Positions 13,421 through 24,600 of a stretch of 64,000 nt of DNA are shown here, one piece after another. The DNA comes from Zygnema circumcarinatum SAG 698-1b (taxonomy: Eukaryota; Plantae; Zygnematophyceae), in NCBI GenBank assembly GCA_037447605.1, contig CM074809.1:3276689-3340688 (forward strand), given 5' to 3'. Below the pieces are notes generated by a model. It did not search any database. It was not told the DNA's origin and saw only the letters and a program-made list of their open reading frames with translations. Every line of letters starts with the position of its first letter. Position 1 is the first letter of the stretch. The translations under genes were made by a program, and so were the position numbers.

Positions 13421-13793
13421 GAAGAATTCGTTTCTTCTTCTACATCTTCTTCACTTCTTCTCCTTCACAACAAATTTGAAGGATCGATCGAATCGATCTT
13501 TCAAGTTTGAACCCCTCCACTGAGAGCCGTGAAGGGACAGAGAGACCCCATTGGTACTTCCTGTACAGCCAAATGGCAATGCCTATCCCTTTCTAAATAG
13601 AAAAAGAGAGCGGGAAGGGGGATGGGAAGAGAGAGGGAGACGGCGGGGAGAGAAATAAAAGCCTTGTTCTACTATTGGCATGCGAACAAAGAATTATACT
13701 ACATGGAACTGTTCCCTATTCTATGCTCCGTCCAATTACAGACAATTTCCAGCCGCACCGTTCACTGTATCCTGTTAAGTCCTTTCCAGGAAG

Positions 13794-16700
13794 TCAACAA
13801 TCCAAATCCCCCGCCCTGGAACCCCTGCCATATCTTTTCCAGCCTCTATCTACTTCACTTCTCAGATCCCCAACATTCGCACTATGTGGACGGGGGCTTC
13901 TCCCAACGGTCGATTTTCTTGACTTGATCACCAGCCCTTCTTGATGTCTCGCAGTGACTTGATCAGAACTATCTAAGGGCACATTTTGGGCGGTACTCTC
14001 CCTCTCCACAGAAGGCCCACCGACACCACTCCAGCCTTCCCAATTCCTTCTCCGGGGCTTCTTTTGGAACGCAGAGAAGATGATCCTGGGAACCTCATTG
14101 TATGGGTCGGCATCTTGCCTTTTGCCTATTCGATGCAGTCTTTTTGCCTTCTGCCTGTTACCCAGTGAGTACACGATAGTCTTCCACTTCTGAAATAGAG
14201 CGGGGTAATGGGCTGCCTTCTGTGCTCCTTTCGCAAAAATCTCAAGAACCTCCTGTGGCATGTTCCGACGCGACCTCCTCTCTGTATTTGTTTCAAGTAT
14301 TCTTTTCTGCCATGGTCTTGGATATGCTGAATTATTCTTGGACTTTAGATTGTCACCCATGTAGCCATTGGAAAAAGAGGTTTGGCTGGTTTCAGATGAT
14401 TCAATTACATCTCCTTCTACAGGGAAGCTTTCAGGGCCTGGGATGGGTAAGTTGTCGGTCGACGGTTCAATAGCTTCCTCCAAAAAGTCCAATCGCTCAA
14501 TCGATCCTTCTTGTTCAGTACAGCTCAAGGACGGCATTCCTTCCCCTGCCCCTTGCCCTCCTATCCTTTTCCTCGCCATTACAGTTTGTATGTAGCTTGT
14601 CTCCGAGTTTAAGTCCTCAAATAGCTCAAGGCAAGCTTGATGTGTGTTCATCAGATTACCAACAGATCGGAGACTGTCGTCATCCGTGGGCGTGACTTGG
14701 CAACCTGCCACTTCCCTTTCTTCTTCTTCTTTCTTTCTTTCTTTCCTTTCCTTTCCCTCATCTGTTTCATACAACATGCCTTCAATCTCCTCCTCTCCGG
14801 TTCCTACTTCCACACAGTTCAAGGTCCTCTCCTCGTGAGTCTCCTCAACAGCTTCTGGGACTCCAAATGCTATGCAGGTTCTGCCATTGCATGCAGCCAT
14901 GGTGGTGTCCACTGAAGCCTTTTCGTCTATCACCTCCTTTGCCTCAGCCGTGCTTCCATTCTCTTTTTCATTTTCCAGTGGGCTATCTATGCCTCCGTTC
15001 TTCTCACCTTTACTTCTCCATACTCTCCACTCCATCATTCCCCACTCTGCCCATAGAGGTCCGTACCTCGGACACGCCTTGCAGCCCGCCTCATAAAGCT
15101 CCCTTGCCATCTCAAAGTCCTTCTCACGCTCTTCCAACTTTGCCCAGGCAAGGAATAGGTAAGCGCTTTGGGGGTTGAATTCGAGGCCCCGATCAAACAC
15201 TGCCCGTGCCTTTGGAATGTTCCCCAACTCCAACTCCCACAGGGCCCACTGCAGCCATGTTCGTGTAAGATGCGGGTCAGCTTTAACACTATGGCGGAAA
15301 AGCTCGGATGCCTCCTTCACTCGCCCCATGCTCTTTTCAAAGAGAGCCCATGAGCGCAGAATTCGTGCATCTGCCTACACAGACGAGCAAGCCACCAAGC
15401 ATCAGCATCAGCATAAGCATAGGCATAAGCATAAGACTCAGTACACAAGACTCCGCTCATGAAATGGCCCAAAACACTCGAGAACACATTGCGGAGCTAA
15501 TTAGGAGAAGCGGAGGCCAAAATAAATGAGAGGAACAAAGGAGAGATAGTGCAGACTAGGAACAGACTGGATGAAAAGATGCCGACTAGAAACCAAAAGC
15601 GGCAAATCCAACGATTCAAATCCAACTCACAGGTGCCACGTGGCATCCATTCAATTTTCCCACGATCCATGATGGATCGCACTTACAACCCGACTGGACT
15701 AGTAACCATGACCATTTGTGAAACTATTCCAATTATGGGCAAACAATGAGCGATTGGAATCGAGATTGAAAAGGGTGCATGAACTGCCAACTCTATGCCC
15801 CGTTTGTAAAGTGAGAAGGTCATGACAACAATGTGTAAACGTACGCCTTTAAATCTGTCCTTTGACCTTCTCATCCTCAATGGAATGGGCTGAACACTCA
15901 CTGGTGACGCTGCAACTGCGTCTGCAAAAATTTGGCGCGCTGATTCAGGTCGATCTCCATTGGCCTCAATAGTCGCCAACTTCTCATACATTATTGCTTT
16001 GGCTTCGTTGGATAGAGTACCTTTGAGAGCCTCTTGTGCGAAAGCCCGTGCCTTACTAACAGCTCCGGTTGCTACTTCAACCTCCGCCAACATTCCAAGG
16101 ATGTGTGAATTCTCAGGGGCACTCTCCAGAGCATTAGTTAGCACCCTGCGGGCCTCCTGGAAGTTTCCACGGTCCTGTTTGCCCCCAGGAACAATCACAT
16201 CCAATTGTATTTCAATCATCTGATTTTCCAAAACATCAGATTTTTTAAGCTTCATGTCGCTCACACCCTAAAGACCACATACATTCAAGAGGCCATAGAC
16301 TTGGCGTGAATCTAGATTGAGTTGCTAGCTCTGCATCGTAAATTTTCAGTTTCTCTATGTCGTTTCCGGCCCACACCTATGCTGCACTGCTCATTGGACC
16401 TTACCCTTCGACTTCTCTTTGGTTTCTGAACTTCCCACCTTCTCCAACATCCCCAAAGCATGACGCAGATGCGCATTTGCAGGGTCCACACGAAGCCCAG
16501 TCCGAAAAATTTCAGCAGCATCGTCCAACCTACCTGCAAGTCTCCAAATAAGTTTCACAAGGTGTAATTAGAGAAAACACTCTAAATGCTTGAAAGGCAG
16601 ATAAGAGCCAATTATTTGGATGTGCGTTGAGGCAAAAGAAGCATCTGATTAGTTCCCCTTCGACAACCCATTTAAAAACTACCCCAGTTTGTAGTAACTC

Positions 16701-19700
16701 AATGATATTGGCACCTATTGAACCTCGTCATCGGTGCTGGCACTTCCTCGATTCTAAGTCTGAAGATGATGTAGTGTTATGACAAACTATTCAGTGTACA
16801 TGAAAGAACAATGGTAAAAACCTTCAGAGTCAAGACATAATGCACACAAACCCACCTTGTGAACTCTCAAAGCGGCCCCATTGAAGCCATGTAAAGGGAA
16901 GTTTTGGGTCTCGATGAGCAGCTTTTCTGAACAAACCCCGTGCCTTTAATTCATTCTTTGCCTCTGCTTCAACTGATGCCCAAGCCTGTATAGCAGCTGC
17001 ACCAAACAAAATCAGAACCATAGGACACCTCTCGTAGATCTAACGATGGCTATTTGAATTAAATGGACAAGAGGGCAAGTGAATGACAGGAAATAAACAT
17101 AGCCACTATACTGCCGCCATGCTCTTTTGAGGAAAGACATGCAACCTGCAAGATTGAAGCAGCGTCTTTTCCAGGAATCTCCGTTCCCCTCTTGAATAGT
17201 GAGCGTGCCTTTTCGAAGTTACCCTGTTGCCATTCTAAACGGGCCCATGCCTGCCACAAGGTCCACAGATAGCCGTCAATTCTCTGTTGTGTTCAAGACA
17301 ATTGGGCACAACAGTAGATAGAGTTGAGATGGACTACCTGTGCTTGCTTACTGAAATGCGACCTAAAGTACCTGACATTGAATGAATCAAAATGCCTTCA
17401 ATTTCACCCATCAATGCTCTTGTAAAAAATCAGCGACTGGAGTAGGATCTGCTAAGTAAGTGGAAAGCTGGCAAAAGCTGCATAGGGGGGGAACAAGGCA
17501 ATAACAGGTCATAGTGGATGAAAATGGTATGTTTACGGAAGCAAATGCACGCAGAGTGAAATGAATAGCAGTAGAGGTTCAACCCGCTCCTTGGCAATTG
17601 ATTCTGCATCCTCCCAATCAACTAGAAGCGTAGGAATGACATAATCTCCACACAAGATTCTTAGTGCGATGGATTCACTGAAACGACCACTTAGTGCAAG
17701 AAATCTTCTCACCAGCCAGGCATGGCCGTGTGTTGGATCCAATGTTGTAGCTTGTCTAAACAACAAACGGGCCTCATCAAACTGCCCTTCTGATGCCTCC
17801 AAAAGTCCCCAAGCCTGCATCCTTCACCATTTGAAGCTCAGCATCTGTTACAAAGACAAGCAGTCTCTTCACTCTCTTCACTCCCATACAACTGTTGAGG
17901 TGGAAACCAAGTCTTGTAAGTTGCGCTGCTCGGACCGATAAGAAAGACCTCTTATGGTCTTAAGAACTCTTATTCTCAACTTAATGGGGTCCGGAGGAAA
18001 ACACACAAAAATACGACCTGTCCTCCTATGGGAACAGAAACCAATATATTAAAGGAAATACAGATGTACTGATCGTTGACCTACCTCCGCTCTGTTCTAA
18101 AGCATGACTCCCATACCTGCAAAGTGGGCACATGGTCCGGCACCATCTCTGCCCCTTTCTGAAATAGCTGCCGGGCCATTCGTATGTTTCCCCTGCGCTG
18201 CTCGAACACTGCCCACGCTTGCCAGCTAGGGCCATGATACTGGTCAGCTTCTGTGGCTGCTTTAAGGAGCTCGCGTGCACGCTTTGTTCCTTTCTCGCCC
18301 CTTGCTGCCTCCATCAAACCCCATGCCTGCACAGGTCACCGCCAATTAGAAACCTCAAAGCTTCAGATGTCAACTTACGCAACTTATCTGAGTGAAAGAA
18401 AAGAGATATGAACTGCCCCTTTGACGGAATTGCACTTTAGCAGGCATCAGAGATGACAAGATTGGCAGAGCATCCCTAAGGTATCGACAAGATCAATTTT
18501 CAAGCTCAGAGCACATTCATTCTAAGAATCAGCTCTCCTGCCAAAAAAAGACGACACCGGTGCTCTTTCCAGACAGTTATTTCAGCTAACTTTTCATCTT
18601 GTCCAGAGAAACAATTAGCTGGAACGGCCAAAAAGCTAATCACTGGTATATGGCCCAATAGGGGACGTTAAGGCTTATGATTCGTGTATGACAAGCCAAC
18701 ACTCTTAACGTCCGGGATACCAAGGTCCCAAGGAGAAATATTAGAGTTCAAACCTGGCGAACTGGGGCATTTGCGGGATGCGCAGCCACTCCTTGTTTAA
18801 AATGCTCACGCTGTTAAACTCCAACCACAGCAAGATCCCGAAAATGGCCTCCAAAAGTCAGCTACAAAATGAACCGGTTCTCCAAAGATTCAACAAAGAA
18901 ATACTATCCTGATCACCTTAGAGCACAAAACATTTGTTATCCACCCAGCATCAGGGAGATGAGGTTGAGCATGGCTCTTAAAAAAAAGGAAGAAAATCTG
19001 GAACACCAGTAAACACGGCTATTGTTTTCCAAGCAGAGGTATGCTATCAAATCCTGGTGCCTCAGCACTGTTTGGAACTCTCCGAAACTGAGTATGTTTG
19101 TGATTGTGGCAACTTTTGTTGCAAGATTTTGCAGAACCTAAGCAGACCCGAGCATCATCATTTCTGCCAGAGTTCAACAACCATAGCCATAGTTGGCAAG
19201 TACCATGAATGAACGAAAAAGTCATTCCGAAGTTTCAATAGGTATTGCCAAAGCCTTTATCATCAACTCTCCGCGTTCAGTTTTCACTGACTGTAAATTA
19301 AGGATTGTAAATCAAAAGTTTTTACTAACTATCAGTAATTAAGACTGATAGCCAAACTCTTCAGCTGTCTTTTAATTTTAAACAAGGATGCGGAATCCTC
19401 ACAAATGACCCGAACAGGTACAGAGTGACGTGTGGAAGGTCACCAAGGGGGAGAAGACTCTACCGCAACTCCACGCTGACCGTTCCGCCACTCGAATAGT
19501 CCGGCACTTGTAAGAATATGCACATTGCTTGGAAATTCAGCTATCAGGCTATCAAAGGCTGCTCGGGCACCCTTGACGTCTCCTCGCTTCGCCAATAACA
19601 GAGCATTCTTGTGTCCCTCCTTCGCTTTTGCCGCTTCTGCAAAATCGTATGGAGATTGCCACGATGATAGGAATGACTAGGGGGCAATGCTGGACATGAA

Positions 19701-20491
19701 TAATGCAAACCTCTAGCAGAACACGAGTTTACGCTTCACATTAGGAGGGTAAAGAATTTCAGGCACTAGATAAGTGCATGTTTGTCGCCACAATTCCAAG
19801 AGCCTGTATGAAGCATAGGGCGTTTCACTCCATGGCGAGCTGCTTGCACCTTTCCAGCTTCAAGCGGCTTTGATCTTAACGTAAAATTGCTTGTGACTCG
19901 TTTCCAAAAACTAATCCGCAGTAGCGAGAACTCACCATCTGGCACTCGCTGCCAGCGCTTCCTACTTAATCTCCCTCCCCCAGGATGCTGCGTGGCTAGC
20001 GGTCTTGTACTTTCTGTAAGGCAGAAGTGAGAAAAGAAGAATGCAAGCACTTAATATAAACATGGTTTTTAAGTACAGAATTTGCACATGCAGGTCAGAT
20101 CCAGTCCTGACCGCAAAAGGAATCACGAAGGGAATGAAAAGGACAGAAGGAAACAGAACGGTGACTGTGCGGGAAGGGGATGAAACGCGAGAGAAAATGA
20201 GAGACTGTTTCATATACTTGTTGAACGCTAGAAGCGGGCCTCAGAGAATTCCTTACCTGCATTCACTTGAGCAAGGAGCTGGAGTGTGAAATTTCCGTAC
20301 TTATCCAGTAGGAGAGTCGGCACTGCTCGGCTGCCCTTATCAAAACAAAGGGTTTCATTTCGTACATTATTCGAATTTCCGGAAAGACAACTGTTCACGC
20401 TAGCTTTTCTACTCCTTCTGCAGGCTTTATTGTGTAGAAAGTTTGAAAAAAGTGCACAAGGATCCTTATGGAGGTGCTGGAATTGAAGCAT
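13794..20491 (-). CDS. HAT/TPR-repeat helical protein, Mbb1/HCF107-like organellar RNA-maturation factor (~1060 aa, 11 exons)
   Basis: Phase-consistent exons 20491-20257, 20013-19829, 19676-19464, 18810-18754, 18326-18117, 17814-17713, 17250-17146, 16985-16856, 16533-16439, 16174-15902, 15374-13794. Repeats such as QAWGLMEAARG..ARELLK, WQAWAVFEQRRGNIRMARQLFQKG, QAWGLLEASEGQFDEARLLFRQA and WLQWALWELELGNIPKARAVFDRG. Exact orthology not established. Confidence 0.85.
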
Positions 20492-20857
20492 TGTAGCGTT
20501 TGATATGATCTTTTGGAGATTTCAATATGAAATTGCATGAGGCACGGAGAAAATATTCAACTTAAGTGGCTCCAAGATACAGAAAGTTGCGCAGCGCAGT
20601 ATTTAAGAAATTGGCGAGCGTTCAAGCTCTTCCTGAATAGAGCACTCCAGGGGAGCAGCCAGCAGCAGTCTGTGGGCGGAGGCCGGAGGGCTCCATCCAT
20701 CCCTGCAGAGGAACGACCCTTCCTAGTCCCTGCACTCATGAATGTCCCAGGACCGTACCGTACGGCCCATGGCCATGGCCATGGCTTCAGTGCTGGCTCA
20801 TGTATGCATGCATGCGTACACTGCATCGGAAATTGTCAACAGTTCACAAAAGTGAAT

Positions 20858-21080
20858 ATATTTCTGAAATCCAAACGTACGGAAAGGGAGCTTTGCCCGC
20901 CTCTGCGTTGAACCTATCGGAAATTCGGAAAAATACTGAAGATATTTCTGAAATCCAAACGTACGGAAAGGGAGCTTTGCCCGCCTCTGCGTTGAACCTA
21001 TCGGAAATTTGGAAAAACACAAAATGTTTCTGAAATCTAAACGTACGGAAAGGGGAGCTTTGCCCGCCTCTGCGTTGAAC
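20858..21080 (+). repeat. 84-bp tandem repeat, ~2.7 copies, in the divergent intergenic region between the HAT gene and ASY1
   Basis: Unit ATATTTCTGAAATCCAAACGTACGGAAAGGGAGCTTTGCCCGCCTCTGCGTTGAACCTATCGGAAATT... starts at 20858 and 20942; a third, diverged and truncated copy starts ~21026. Confidence 0.92.
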
Positions 21081-21661
21081 CTGCCCCAGTACTGTACCAA
21101 GTCCATGTACGGTTTCGTACTGAAGGAACAGCGCCTCCGGACCGTCCGTTCAGGTGTCCGTAAATCACCATTGGCCGTCCGATCACGACGTGCTGGACGT
21201 CAACGTCCGTACTTGAGTCTGTCAGTAGGACATTTCCACCGTTCATTTTTCTTGACGTGGCGTCATCCAGGCCGTCCGTTCTTGCAAGATGCCCATTGTT
21301 GGTTCCTGCGTGTGTTGCGCCTTTTGGCCGCAAGCCCCGACAAACTTTTTAACTTTTCATCGTTTGAAATTTTTTGGGCCGGCCGGGCCTGGATTTGAAT
21401 TTGGCCGCCCGCCGGCCGCCCTTTTGCCTGCGCCAAGAAGACTTGGCGCCCGCCCGCCCGCCGGTACAAGAGCGCGTGCGCTTTGCTCGCTTGCAGGGCA
21501 TTGCAGGAGGGGAGAGAGTGAGAGAGGGAGAGAGAGAGAGAGGGAGGGAGGGAGGGAGGAAGGGAGCGAGGGAGGGAGGGGCCTCTTGGAGGAAGGGACA
21601 GCGCCCTGCAGGACGCCGAGCAGTGAGCGGAAAGTGAAGCTCCGGTTTGCAGCCGTCAGCC

Positions 21662-24600
21662 ATGGTTAGCTATTCTGACTGACTCAAGGAAACACTGTTT
21701 TGGAACATTGTGTACTGCCTGAAGGGGTCTCTCGAGCTGCAGGAAGGAAAGAGAAAATAATGAATTGGAAAAATCTTGGAAATTCTGTAGGTGGTTTCGT
21801 GACTTGCATTCGCTTGAGACACGTGCCTCGGAAGAGTAACTTGTGTTGATATTCTCTTGACTTCGGTTGTTCACTCTTCTGTCTAATTATCGTGATTTCT
21901 TCTGTGCCTCTATTACCGTTATGTTTACAGGCAATAGCTCAAGCTCAGTCAGTCAAAGAAGTAACGCAAATCTCCGAGCAAGAATCACTGCAGCTGGTAC
22001 AGTGATCTCATGTATCCTGAATCTGCGAGAAGTAACTGCTGTTTTTTTTCAGGTTACTTACCTGATTATTGTTTCTGATAAGCGTCTGTGTGAATGGCCT
22101 GTTTTCATGTTCAGACAAGGAACCTGTTGCGTATAGCTATATTCAACATCAGCTACATTCGGGGTCTGTTCCCTGAAAAGTATTTCGATGACAAATATGT
22201 TCCTGCCCTGGGTGAGTATTTTTTTCCGCCAGTAACGTGATGGAGGGGCGCTATATGCACTTTGCCGAATGCAATCGACCACATCGGTTTTCCAGCTCGA
22301 CAACTGAGTGAAACAACAGACGAATGATGATTGAATGAATTGCACGGATCTGTCTGTGTCATTTCAAGCCGCTTAAAAAACTCTTTGGACCAAACATGTC
22401 TAGTACTTGACGCTGAAACACATTTCGTTACATTTTTAGGAGAATGTGATGCAGAGAACTGAAGGAAGTTTGGATATTTTTTGGTCACATTTGCTCTTCC
22501 GTGCACAGAAATGAAGATCAAGAAGCTGATGCCACGAGACGCTGAATCACGCCGGCTCGTTGACTGGATGGAGAAAGGTTTGTGTGCGATGTACCATCGA
22601 AGCATGCACAAAACATTCCAGAATATTATGGCCATTACACTGACTCTATTTATTTGGCCGTCAAAGCAGGTGTTTCCGATGCACTTGAGAAGAAATACTT
22701 GAAAACATTAACGTTTGCTCTATGTGAGGCTCTCCATGGAACACTTCTTGAAGAATATACTTGTAAGTTCGAGGTGCTCAACCACTTCGTCAATGCTCTG
22801 TCGAATAACACCGCGTGCAGGCAAGACTAATTGTAAAAGTTTTCTTGGACCTACATCCACTGCAGTTTTGATTCAAAGCTCTAGTGAGGAAAGCTGCCTC
22901 TGTTTTCCTGATGGCAGTCACATTCAGCTACGCCTCAGACGCGGAAGTATCAATGGATATTGCACGAAGTGGAGACTCAAAGAAAAGCAAAACGTTTAAA
23001 GCATCAGCCACGGACGTGACTCCAACGCAAATGAAGTACGCTTCCATCTTCCATCTTAATTGTCGAAACGTTGAGCATATCAAAATTAGTTAAATCACCG
23101 AAGCTTGTTTGACCTGTTGGTTTTCATGGTGCCAGGTCTTCGGCATGCAAAATGGTGCGGACTCTTGTACAACTCATGAGAACACTTGATGGAGTTCCAG
23201 ACGAGGTGAGCCTTTGGGTGGCGGGGGTGCTTTTCTTGCAAAAATTGTAGGATCACCTTCACAGGTCTAGGCCTATCTTTGTTCATGCCTAGAACTGATG
23301 CCGGATCAATGCTTTGGCTGCAGAGAACAATTGTGATGAAGTTGCTCTATTACGACGAGGCAACTGTAAGTTTAACTTTGTTTGTGCTTCGTGCACATAA
23401 TTGGAAAGCTATCTTGTCTATTTGTAGCATGGCCACCTCGTCCTGGCTTCGGCAGAAAATAGAGAAACTGGATTTGTCCCAGTCCATACCTGCAAGGATC
23501 TCATGACTTTGTAAGATGCCTACTCCATTTTTTCTAATCGAGGTTTCTTTCGTAATTAATCTACCTTGCGTTTCAGCCGAGTGATTATGAGCCACCATTT
23601 TTTCGCGCCTGCAATTCTGAAGACCACATGACGTGGGCAAGGAATCCACTGAAAATGAAAGTCGGCGATGTTAACAGCCGGCACTACACGTTAGCACTGA
23701 AGGTAAGTGCGAGCTTCTGATGTTTTCGCTCTCGTAGGCTGTTGGAAGTTGCTGTGTATTTCCAGGTTGTTTCTCAACCAGGCTTAGTAATTAGAATATT
23801 GTAAGGGTCGAAAGATAAGCATGAGTGCAGTAAAATGTCCTTGCGTTTTTGTTGGAACATCAGGTGCGAAGTGTTTTGGATCCATGCGATGGAGATGAAG
23901 AGGCGGAAGATGAGGGGACTCATGGCTCTGAAACTGCCGGTGATTTGGACTCAGCTTCAGAATCTGAAGCCGAGCAGGAAAGCAGAAAGTTGACCCAAGA
24001 CGAAGTCTCAAATAAGGTAAGCTGTTACGACTACTCGTTTACATGCTCTCCGCCTGTTGTCTGCATCGGTCTGTCCGGAGATTTGAAATAAACATGGCTA
24101 GACTTTGATTGTGGCTGCCTTTCATTTGGGCAGGCAATTCAAACGACCTCGACTGGCGCTGGTAAACGACTTTTTGCCGCTCCTGGTTGTGAGGTTCCAT
24201 TTCAAGATCCTGTCAGCGATGTTTGCTCAAAAATACACCCTTCGTATGCGTTGTCCATAGCAACTATATCGTTCAGAATCCGCGAAGACAGTTCTAAATT
24301 TTGTAATGGCATTCGTTAGGGTCCATGCAAACGATCTTGTCGTTAAACTGAGGCAGGGAACTGCCCCATCTGTTGAACGAGACAACAAGACTGGAATTTC
24401 AGCAAGCAGGATCTGATATGGTGTGGAACATATGCAGACGTGGCCATGAAAGACGAAGTGGACGAGGTTCAGCCTATGCAAGGGTCTGACGGTGAGCAAC
24501 TTTCAGTAGTCCCTGAGCAGTTTCCGCTCAAAACCTTTGTGCTTTCCGCTCGATTTCCAAAAAACAAAAACTCCATCTGATTCCTTCTTAGATGTTTTAG

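Noticed and set aside
20858-21080. 84-bp repeats as a CRISPR array
   Set aside because: The units are contiguous tandem copies with no unique spacers, there are no cas genes, and the context is eukaryotic.
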